A program made the translations under genes and the position numbers. 17,730 bases of DNA, taken from Fidelibacterota bacterium (lineage in GTDB: Bacteria > Fidelibacterota > Marinisomatia > Marinisomatales > S15-B10). Positions 8,650-15,562 of the stretch are shown piece after piece (within the stretch, counting starts at the first letter, position 1; each line of letters starts with the position of its first letter). The notes beneath the pieces are model-generated. The model saw only the letters and a list, made by a program, of their open reading frames with translations. It did no database searches and had not been told where the DNA came from. The stretch lies in NCBI GenBank assembly GCA_002729175.1, contig PBTS01000076.1, forward strand, positions 1-17,730. The letters run 5' to 3'.

Positions 8650-10029
8650 TTAATACGGAAACGCCACCCCCATGGTGGCTATCTCGTCCTTCACCTTATT
8701 GAACATATCCAGGTACCAGGACATAGGGCGCGAAACGCGTACGTCATAACACTCCTGGAACGGCTTGCCCTTGGGTGCGTCGGCGATCCGGTCTTCGTAT
8801 TTCTCCAACATTTTCAGGGTGATATCGTTTGCCTGCTCCCGGGACATTCCCTGCTGTGCCGCGGCGTGTCCCACCTCACATGCCAGACGCGCTTCTAGCG
8901 GCGTAGCATAGTTACGATATTTGTTGTGCGCTACAGCGGCTTCCCACAGGTGTCCACCGGACACGGTACTGGCAAGTCCGTGGGCTGCCGCCTCCCACAA
9001 CACCATTTCGGTTCCGGAGCCGGCATTCAGGAAGCCGTTAGATGTGGACAGGATGTCACTGTTGCGGCTAACGGCCTGTTGCGTCACACTCACCAGCCAC
9101 AGCATCTCCCGCCCGCTATTGGAGGTGAAGTGAAGATGGAACGGGAAACTCTGCTGGAAATTCGCCTGATAGATGGTCAGTCCAGCCAGGTGATAGGCTG
9201 TTTCCAGAATGGCTGTGCCCTCCGCGCGGCCGGCATAGCCGCCGTAAATAGATCCGCTCAGACAACCGATGAAACACCCGAACTGCATGCAGTGGACCAC
9301 CTTATTTAGCAATTTATTGTCGATCTTCAACTCGGTCAGTGCGCCTATAAGCCGCCCATCGGTGTATCGTACCCCCCACTCATCATTACTTACCGCAACC
9401 TGGCCTGTGTCGGACTGGGCCGTACCCACGGCCACCAGGAACATTCCCGGCTTCCCTGCCAACCTGACCGCCTGCCGCAATCCCATCGCATGTTCCACCA
9501 CCCCGGCCATCTCAGTCGGCGCGCCGGACTTGATTTTGAGTCCCATACTTTCCTCCAAAATCGGCGCACATACGCCGTCGGCCAGCGGCTCCTGGATGTA
9601 GGCAATGGACATCGGTAGAAAAATTTCCTCATCACAGGTGATGTCAGGACTGAAAATACAGAACGGCGGCGCATCGGCCTCCGGCACACGACTCTTCCAC
9701 AGGCGAGCATCCTTCCCCGCGCCAACGATGTAGCGACCGGGAGTGTGATACAGCGCCTCCTGCAGTTCTGAGGCGTCCACCAAAATCCGGCGGTGGGTAT
9801 CCACGTTAAGTACGCCTACCTCTAAAAAAAACTCTACCGCCGCCTGCCAGACACGGTCGGCCAGGTCGTCATCCGCCGGAACGGGCATGTCAGAGTCATA
9901 GACAATGTCGTACTTCTTAATCACCTCCTGCATTTTGGGCATGAAAATCTCATAGGTGAATTCGTCGTCTTCACAGAATGGACCGGAGTTCGCCCGTTCT
10001 ACGATTTCCCACATCTTATACGGTAGCAT
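8650..10029 (-). CDS. mtmB: Monomethylamine:corrinoid methyltransferase family protein (MtmB homologue 2, non-pyrrolysine)
   Basis: 459 aa. AGKPGM, ELKID, GGYAG, AGSGTEM, TPLEAR and GKPFQECYD. Val199 (GTG at 9435-9433) occupies the Pyl position. Confidence 0.9.
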   Translation of the reverse strand: MLPYKMWEIVERANSGPFCEDDEFTYEIFMPKMQEVIKKYDIVYDSDMPVPADDDLADRVWQAAVEFFLEVGVLNVDTHRRILVDASELQEALYHTPGRYIVGAGKDARLWKSRVPEADAPPFCIFSPDITCDEEIFLPMSIAYIQEPLADGVCAPILEESMGLKIKSGAPTEMAGVVEHAMGLRQAVRLAGKPGMFLVAVGTAQSDTGQVAVSNDEWGVRYTDGRLIGALTELKIDNKLLNKVVHCMQFGCFIGCLSGSIYGGYAGRAEGTAILETAYHLAGLTIYQANFQQSFPFHLHFTSNSGREMLWLVSVTQQAVSRNSDILSTSNGFLNAGSGTEMVLWEAAAHGLASTVSGGHLWEAAVAHNKYRNYATPLEARLACEVGHAAAQQGMSREQANDITLKMLEKYEDRIADAPKGKPFQECYDVRVSRPMSWYLDMFNKVKDEIATMGVAFPY

Positions 10030-10678
10030 CGTTTGTCCTTTTCTCTGCCATCACACGCTCCAATATTTCAACCGTCACGCCGGCATTCTCTCCCCAGCTA
10101 TCGGCGCCGCATTCCGTCACCCACGCTTGCGTTACCGGCGCACCGCCGACGATCACGTGGTACTTCTCACGGATCCCCTTCTCCTCAAGGATCTTGACAA
10201 TGTCCTGCTGCCCAGGCATCGTCGTGGTCATCAGTGAGGACACACCGATGATATCGGCTTTCACTTCCTCGGCTTTGCGCACAAAATCCAGAGCGTTGAC
10301 ATCAAATCCCAAATCATATACCTCGAAACCCTGGGCCTTGAGCAGGCAGACCACCACGTTCTTGCCGATCTCATGCACATCGCCTGCGATCGTTCCAATA
10401 ACCATCGTGCCCTTCTTCTGGACGGACATGGCCGATTTCTGAAGCTCCGGCTCCAGTATTTCCATCACCGCCTGCATGGCCCGCGCGGACAGCATCAGTT
10501 CCGGAAGAAAAATTTCCATACGAGCGAACCGTTCCCCAATCTCGCGCATCCCCACAGTCAACGCTTCGATGATCTCCTCCACATCGGTGCCTGCCTGAAC
10601 TATCTGCTCTGCTGAAGTTGCAGCCTCGCCTTCTTTTCCGTCCTGTACAACCTCAACCAGTGATTGTATTGATATCAT
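10016..10678 (-). CDS. Corrinoid (B12-binding) protein, MtmC/MtbC/MttC family
   Basis: GTIAGDVHEIGKNVV, SSLMTTT, IVGGAP and FLPEL; overlaps the start of mtmB-2 by 14 nt. Confidence 0.95.
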   Translation of the reverse strand: MISIQSLVEVVQDGKEGEAATSAEQIVQAGTDVEEIIEALTVGMREIGERFARMEIFLPELMLSARAMQAVMEILEPELQKSAMSVQKKGTMVIGTIAGDVHEIGKNVVVCLLKAQGFEVYDLGFDVNALDFVRKAEEVKADIIGVSSLMTTTMPGQQDIVKILEEKGIREKYHVIVGGAPVTQAWVTECGADSWGENAGVTVEILERVMAEKRTNDATV

Positions 10679-10797
10679 TGTTGCAGTAACCCCTTGTTAC
10701 ATTTGAAAGACCATATATCACTGATCTGGATTTCTAACAGTTCTGTCTTTTCTATAATCATTTTCTATCTATTAATAAAATTAATCTACCATTTGAA

Positions 10798-10821
10798 CCT
10801 TATAAGTAAAAATTTATAAGG
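10798..10821. promoter_or_regulatory. Palindrome CCTTATAA-N8-TTATAAGG, candidate operator
   Basis: Perfect 8-bp inverted repeat about 120 bp upstream of the corrinoid/MtmB operon, in AT-rich intergenic DNA. Confidence 0.35.
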
Positions 10822-10880
10822 ACAATAGATATACCCCGCATCTATGGATAGTCGGGTACGGGGGCTATAGACATAAACTC

Positions 10881-10911
10881 TCACGATGTGGGTGTTTCTT
10901 TGATCCTGACC
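10881..10911. repeat. Dispersed intergenic repeat, copy 2 (short)
   Basis: TCACGATGTGGGTGTTTCTTTGATCCTGACC, 8 nt beyond the DUF2164 stop codon. Confidence 0.8.
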
Positions 10912-10919
10912 ACACCTTA

Positions 10920-11159
10920 TTATAATATTGGTTTTGTCAAAATATAGATCTCATCAATCAAAGTTTCAGTCCTTTCATTAATGAGACTGTGTACATCTGA
11001 AAGTGCCTCATTATAGAAAAATCCTCCAATCTTTTCCGCAAAGAAATCAAGAAGAAATTCAGCATCTAAATTCCCGATTTCCTGGTCAAGATTCTCTCTA
11101 AACCATTCTTGAATTTCTTGAGTGATTTTTACTTTATTTTCTTTGGACAATTTTATCAT
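10920..11159 (-). CDS. DUF2164 family protein, 79 aa
   Basis: Family pattern I.LSKE.K...I..IQ.WF.E.LD.EIG.LDAEFLLDFF.E.IG..FYN.AL.D; GGAGG RBS. Confidence 0.85.
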   Translation of the reverse strand: MIKLSKENKVKITQEIQEWFRENLDQEIGNLDAEFLLDFFAEKIGGFFYNEALSDVHSLINERTETLIDEIYILTKPIL

Positions 11160-11182
11160 GAGTCTACCTCCAAAAAATTATA

Positions 11183-11242
11183 TCACAATGTGGGGCTTCT
11201 TTCATCCCCGACCGTCCCCCCGTCAGTTTCAAGGATGAGATT
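11183..11242. repeat. Dispersed intergenic repeat, copy 3
   Basis: TCACAATGTGGGGCTTCTTTCATCCCCGACCGTCCCCCCGTCAGTTTCAAGGATGAGATT. Confidence 0.9.
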
Positions 11243-11281
11243 TTAGGTTAAGAAGCATCACGTTAAAATTGAATGCATCCC

Positions 11282-12430
11282 TTACTTTATGACCGGTTTG
11301 CCATCTCTGACCCAAATCTGATCCCCCACCGTCACGGTTGCATCGGTAAAAAAGTTCCAGCGGACATAAGGTCGTTCACCACCTACCGCCCCGCCAAGCT
11401 CTGAATTATCGCCCAACGAAAGACGAACGACTCCCGCACCGTAACCATAATAGGGGACCCACGGATTTCGTTCCGGCACCGCCAATTTGGGATTAAAACC
11501 CAGTGCAAACTCTCTGAATCGACGTCCCACATCGCCCGCCTGTTCCATCTCGGCTTCAACATTTTCCTTTCCTGACTTCGCACTGACTTTCACTACAATT
11601 CCATCAACAATCTCAAGCTTGAGACCGATGACCGGACCTCCGTTCCACTGGGATGGTGGAAACGCAATGGTGCCGCGAACAGATTCCTCCAAAGGGGCGA
11701 CACGGACCGCTCCCGCCGGCAGTTCAATTTCCCGGTCAATCAGGATCACACCACGGTCTGTCCGCGCCTTTGACGCATCGCCATCCTGTCTGTTTACCGG
11801 TCGGTCACCAATTCGGAAACGGATATCTGTTCCAAGCGGTGTGGTCACATGCACTTCCCTGTTTCGCATCGCCCGTTCGAAACGGAGCTGAATTTTTGCC
11901 AGCGTGTCATAGTCACTGTTCAGCACAGCCCGCTGGTATAACGCGTCTATGTCCCTCGGTTCGGGCATCGGCTGACCCGGGAGGGGATATGCGCTTCGGT
12001 TTTCCAACCAGTGAAAATGGACTGTGCGGCTCTTACCAGATCTCAATATATCTTGCATTGCGGCATAGGCAGGATGTTGTGGAGTTGCTCCCGGCAGCAT
12101 CACCGACGCATCAATATCTTTGAACATTTTCCGGTACGCTTTTCTGGAAGGTTCCGCGCCGCGCTTGATAACATCCGGATCCAACTCGCTTGATGGAAGA
12201 ACGTCGATCACGCCGAGATCAACCGCTCCCGCTTTCATCACCTCATAACGCAGAGGTGGAATCAGATCGCGGAACATATCCGGATGGGCCACAAACAGAA
12301 CCTTCTCTCCCTGCCCCACCTCCATGCGCTCGACTATCACACGTGCCAACTCCGGCCAGTCCAGTCTTAGGCGCTCTTGGGCAGAGGAAAAGCTGAAAAG
12401 AATAAGCAGTATGGCTAGGGGCTTTTTCAT
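11282..12430 (-). CDS. Secreted peptidase M29 (aminopeptidase T/AmpS)-fold protein with apparently degenerate metal site
   Basis: Signal peptide MKKPLAILLILFSFSSA. M29-type segments VHVTTPLGTDIRF, LPAGAVRVAPLEESVRG, EFALGFNP, LSLGDNSELGG and terminal ATVTVGDQIWVRDGK. Confidence 0.75.
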   Translation of the reverse strand: MKKPLAILLILFSFSSAQERLRLDWPELARVIVERMEVGQGEKVLFVAHPDMFRDLIPPLRYEVMKAGAVDLGVIDVLPSSELDPDVIKRGAEPSRKAYRKMFKDIDASVMLPGATPQHPAYAAMQDILRSGKSRTVHFHWLENRSAYPLPGQPMPEPRDIDALYQRAVLNSDYDTLAKIQLRFERAMRNREVHVTTPLGTDIRFRIGDRPVNRQDGDASKARTDRGVILIDREIELPAGAVRVAPLEESVRGTIAFPPSQWNGGPVIGLKLEIVDGIVVKVSAKSGKENVEAEMEQAGDVGRRFREFALGFNPKLAVPERNPWVPYYGYGAGVVRLSLGDNSELGGAVGGERPYVRWNFFTDATVTVGDQIWVRDGKPVIK

Positions 12431-12452
12431 TTATTTCCTCCAAAAAAATACG

Positions 12453-12517
12453 TCACTATGTAGGTGCTTCTGTCATCCTGATCATCCCCCGTCATTTACC
12501 AGCTTGAGATTGGGAAA
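12453..12517. repeat. Dispersed intergenic repeat, copy 4
   Basis: TCACTATGTAGGTGCTTCTGTCATCCTGATCATCCCCCGTCATTTACCAGCTTGAGATTGGGAAA. Confidence 0.9.
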
Positions 12518-12619
12518 ATGGTTGAGAAAGCTGATGTAAACGCATAATGGGGAAACTACCTCTCTGGAGGCAAACTAAGGAGAGATAGCGGGAAAATCAA
12601 TCAAGGAAGGAAGGTCTAG

Positions 12620-12654
12620 AAACAAAAAAGCCCCTTCCTGGGGCTTTTTTGTTT
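12620..12654. terminator. Rho-independent terminator (bidirectional form)
   Basis: AAACAAAAAAGCCCC-TTCCT-GGGGCTTTTTTGTTT: perfect 15-bp inverted repeat with a GC core and T-tracts on both strands, 21 nt past the stop of the 123-aa gene. Confidence 0.9.
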
Positions 12655-12675
12655 ACAAGTAAGTATATTTTTGAA

Positions 12676-13047
12676 CTACGATTTTCTACTATTTACGAAA
12701 AATAATATAGAAAAAACAAAATTCATTCCCGTGCTAATGAAGTTTGGTGCGGTAGATGGTGATATTCCCACAGCAATGTCATACACTCCCATAACACCAA
12801 ATAGTCCCCAAAAAATCGCAGTTACCATCCCAAAATTTGAGAGATTTTCTCCAGCCCACATTGGGAGAGTCCAATGAAGTGTGGCAAGTGCGGCCATTGC
12901 CATGCCCATATACCTCATTAAAACTCTTAAGTCAGGCGATGAATTCCAGCCAAATGTTTCTTCAACCATCGAAGGTAAGAACCACATTTGCAAAACCCAC
13001 AATACCATGAAACCAGCTGCAAGCTTAAAAATTAATGGTAGGTTCAT
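12676..13047 (-). CDS. Hypothetical integral membrane protein, 123 aa (about 4 TM helices)
   Basis: Four hydrophobic segments; GAGGAG RBS; followed by a terminator. Confidence 0.85.
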   Translation of the reverse strand: MNLPLIFKLAAGFMVLWVLQMWFLPSMVEETFGWNSSPDLRVLMRYMGMAMAALATLHWTLPMWAGENLSNFGMVTAIFWGLFGVMGVYDIAVGISPSTAPNFISTGMNFVFSILFFVNSRKS

Positions 13048-13114
13048 ATTGACTCCTCATTGTTAGTTAATCGATAAATGACTCGAGATTTAATCAAATT
13101 TCAAAATAATTATG

Positions 13115-13143
13115 TCACGATTGGATGCTTCTTTCATCCCGAC
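13115..13143. repeat. Dispersed intergenic repeat, copy 5 (short)
   Basis: TCACGATTGGATGCTTCTTTCATCCCGAC, 12 nt beyond the stop of the 92-aa gene. Confidence 0.85.
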
Positions 13144-13155
13144 AGTTACAAAAGA

Positions 13156-13434
13156 TTATTGTGGTGGTTTCATCTCATTGAGGGTAAAAAATTCATGATA
13201 CTCAATATATGGTTCCACCATTTTTTTAAATTCTGGGTCTGATGCTCGTTCCGCCATCGCTGCCATATCAACATTTTTCATGATTATGATTGCAGTATTA
13301 TCATTAGCCTTCCCATATAGGAAATTACCATTATTTACCTGCTCCTGATTATCTTCATGAGAAAGAAATAAATTTTCCCATGTTTCATAATCACATTTTA
13401 AATGGGCAATTGATGCCATATTTACTTGTTCCAT
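13156..13434 (-). CDS. Hypothetical protein, 92 aa (possibly a small dimeric alpha/beta-barrel-like fold)
   Basis: GAGGA RBS and a protein-like sequence (CDYETWENLF...YGKANDNTAIII...); the fold suggestion is tentative. Confidence 0.75.
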   Translation of the reverse strand: MEQVNMASIAHLKCDYETWENLFLSHEDNQEQVNNGNFLYGKANDNTAIIIMKNVDMAAMAERASDPEFKKMVEPYIEYHEFFTLNEMKPPQ

Positions 13435-13522
13435 GTTTTTATCCTCTACCTTATCATTATTTTGATAAAAAGGAAAATTAGATTATTAAAATTTCCCCTT
13501 CATGTGCCATAAGGAGTTTATA

Positions 13523-13666
13523 ATGGCTGAAGTCTATTATAGCTACGGCATTACCACGCAAATTGCGTCAATCAGAGGCAGGAGGGTGATTATTTCAGGA
13601 ATAAGGGAAGTAGTGGTAGCTAATCAGGAAGTACAGTTACGAAAAAGCCTTAATTATTCCCAATAG
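13523..13666 (+). CDS. Possible small ORF, 47 aa
   Basis: AAGGAG 6 nt before the ATG: MAEVYYSYGITTQIASIRGRRVIISGIREVVVANQEVQLRKSLNYSQ*. No recognisable family. Confidence 0.3.
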   Translation: MAEVYYSYGITTQIASIRGRRVIISGIREVVVANQEVQLRKSLNYSQ

Positions 13667-13750
13667 TCAAAACATATCCTACCCATATAGTAGGGGTCAT
13701 GTCACACCAGGCCGCTGGTTTGAGTAGCTATTACACTTCAGATAAATATC

Positions 13751-15181
13751 TTAATCACTCACTATATCTTCATATTTCGCAATAATTGCATCGCCCTTTT
13801 CAATAAGGTCATTTGCAATCGGCTCAACCTGGTGCGTATCTAATATGCCCTTCACTATTTTATTGGCTTCAGCAGGCAGTTCCTGCTCGTCCATTTCCAG
13901 CAGGTCAAATTTTCCTCTTTCCCAGGATGAGAGTTCGCCTCTAAGATATTTCAGAGTGTGGGGATGCATCAGGAAGTCACGTCCATGCCCAACTTCTTTA
14001 ACAGCATCCAAACCTATCTTCTCTTCTGATATTTCTACTTCATTCATATAATTTTTGGAGCAATCCCACATATAGGAATCGACAATAAACTGTTCAAAAG
14101 AGATTCCTTTAGCGGAATCAACACACCCATAACCGGTAGCGAGGTCCGAGCCGCCCATTATCCCTGCAAGTTGACTAAAAGGCGTGAACAATCCTGAAAC
14201 GCTGGCTTCTATCCCGTCACCCCATCCGCCATCAGCAACAAGAGATGGCAGGTTGTATTTTTTTGCCATTTGTGCTGCCCCAATACATAAATAGATCTTT
14301 TCAGGCGTATCATAATCTATGCTACCTGTTGCCATATTCATTGGCCCTGACTCGGAACAATAAATGTGGGGTGCACCAGGCGCCGCTATCTGTGAGATTA
14401 CAATACTTCCCAGGTTTTCAGTGTTGATATTTACCAACATTCCCGCTACTGGAAGAGGACAAGTTGCACCACCATTTGACATGGACATGGAAGCGACGGG
14501 GATTCCGGCTTTTGCCAGTTCTACCTGCGCTTCAATGGAGCCTTGCTCATAGGTCAATGGTGCGATAGGGCATATAATTACGGAAAAGAGGGGTCGTCTT
14601 TTTAATTCTTCTTTTCCGCCTGCTATAAGAGCTGCCAGCTCAATCTGCACCTTTGCAATTTCAGAACTTTGCGCTGTAACGCCTTGAACATGCTTGGAAG
14701 TATTCAGCATGGTCGTCCACAATTCATGGGGACCATGGGCAAGAGGTGAAACATCTGTTGCGGTTAATGCTGTCCAGAGAAAATCAAGTGAATCAACTGC
14801 ATCTCCAAGTCTTGTAAACGCAGCAATATCCTTTCTGGTGGAATTACGATACTCTCCAGTTTCATAATCTTTAACAAAAACTGCAAGTCCGCTGGTAGTC
14901 ATCCACGGATATGTTTTAGTAGGAACTTTTAGATCATGCTTCGGATCGCGGGCGCACAGTGTGAACTCTTTTTGAACGCTTTCAAGAGCCTGGTCAACAA
15001 TCATTTCAGGAATTTTGGCAACCATCGCATTATAATCCACACTCGCTCCATTCTTCTCAAGCAATTCAAGAATAGGCTTGCTGAGAACTTTAATACCAAT
15101 TTCCTGCAGGCTTTTTATACTTTGAGCATGAATCAGATTCATCTCTTGTTGGTATAAAAAAACTGTTTTTGCCTTGGCCAT
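13751..15181 (-). CDS. mttB: Trimethylamine methyltransferase (MttB) superfamily protein, non-pyrrolysine
   Basis: 476 aa. IH..S...L.EIG, LCARDP, NTSKHV, PIAPL, GATCP.PVAG, Q.AAPGAP, AAQMAKKYNLP, SFEQFIVD and VGHG.DFL.HPHT. No amber codon; the Pyl region reads LPSLVADGGW. Confidence 0.92.
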   Translation of the reverse strand: MAKAKTVFLYQQEMNLIHAQSIKSLQEIGIKVLSKPILELLEKNGASVDYNAMVAKIPEMIVDQALESVQKEFTLCARDPKHDLKVPTKTYPWMTTSGLAVFVKDYETGEYRNSTRKDIAAFTRLGDAVDSLDFLWTALTATDVSPLAHGPHELWTTMLNTSKHVQGVTAQSSEIAKVQIELAALIAGGKEELKRRPLFSVIICPIAPLTYEQGSIEAQVELAKAGIPVASMSMSNGGATCPLPVAGMLVNINTENLGSIVISQIAAPGAPHIYCSESGPMNMATGSIDYDTPEKIYLCIGAAQMAKKYNLPSLVADGGWGDGIEASVSGLFTPFSQLAGIMGGSDLATGYGCVDSAKGISFEQFIVDSYMWDCSKNYMNEVEISEEKIGLDAVKEVGHGRDFLMHPHTLKYLRGELSSWERGKFDLLEMDEQELPAEANKIVKGILDTHQVEPIANDLIEKGDAIIAKYEDIVSD

Positions 15182-15242
15182 TTTTATACCTCCATGAAAT
15201 TTGTCCAGATTGGGTTCTCCATATCAGAACAGCAAAAATATT

Positions 15243-15380
15243 TTAAAAAGCATCCACAAGCACTATGATATTAGGCGAAAATCCCGGATCTATTATCATG
15301 CATTCTTGTGCTTGGGACGATTCTGTCAGCACACAACAATTTGTTTCAAAATCACCAAGTACTAAACGTTCAATTTCCAC
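15243..15380 (-). pseudogene. 5' stub of an MBL-fold metallo-hydrolase (glyoxalase II-like)
   Basis: AGGAG RBS and GTG start: MEIERLVLGDFETNCCVLTESSQAQECMIIDPGFSPNIIVLVDAF*. Matches the typical N-terminus (..LG.FETNC..., IIDPG) but ends before HxHxDH. Confidence 0.75.
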
Positions 15381-15408
15381 GATTACTCCTATACTGTTTC
15401 AAATCCAT

Positions 15409-15519
15409 TTACCCGGCAAGAATGTCACCGGTACTTGGGTTTTCCACGCCTAAGTAGCCGGTGTTTTCTGCTCCTCACCATGGACCGTTAACGTAATTCT
15501 TGACATTTGTTAAACTCAC
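15409..15519 (-). pseudogene. 5' stub of an aldehyde dehydrogenase
   Basis: GTG start: MSLTNVKNYVNGPW*GAENTGYLGVENPSTGDILAG*. This is the typical ALDH N-terminus (NYVNG.W...V.NP.TGE.LA), with an internal TGA at 15477-15475 and truncation after 36 codons. Confidence 0.75.
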
Positions 15520-15562
15520 AATAATTCCCTTCTTCTATGAGTGCATACACCTAACAGACTGT

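Noticed and set aside
6761..10615. Long plus-strand ORFs (e.g. 6761-7591, 8140-8898, 9978-10442)
   Set aside because: Antisense shadow frames of GC-rich genes that have clear family motifs on the minus strand.
10679..10880. Cobalamin riboswitch upstream of the corrinoid operon
   Set aside because: No B12-box (GCCACTG, AGYCAG) motifs were seen; the region is AT-rich.
6442..13143. CRISPR array or classical integron interpretation of the repeats
   Set aside because: Spacing is 0.3-4.4 kb and contains whole genes. There are no cas genes, no RYYYAAC/GTTRRRY attC ends or long palindrome, and no intI in the window.
15265..15453. 62-aa plus-strand ORF in the track
   Set aside because: It is antisense to the two recognisable gene stubs and has no RBS or motif.
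15475..15477. In-frame TGA of the ALDH stub as selenocysteine
   Set aside because: The position is not a catalytic Cys column, and the frame ends 22 codons later, so a nonsense mutation is more likely.
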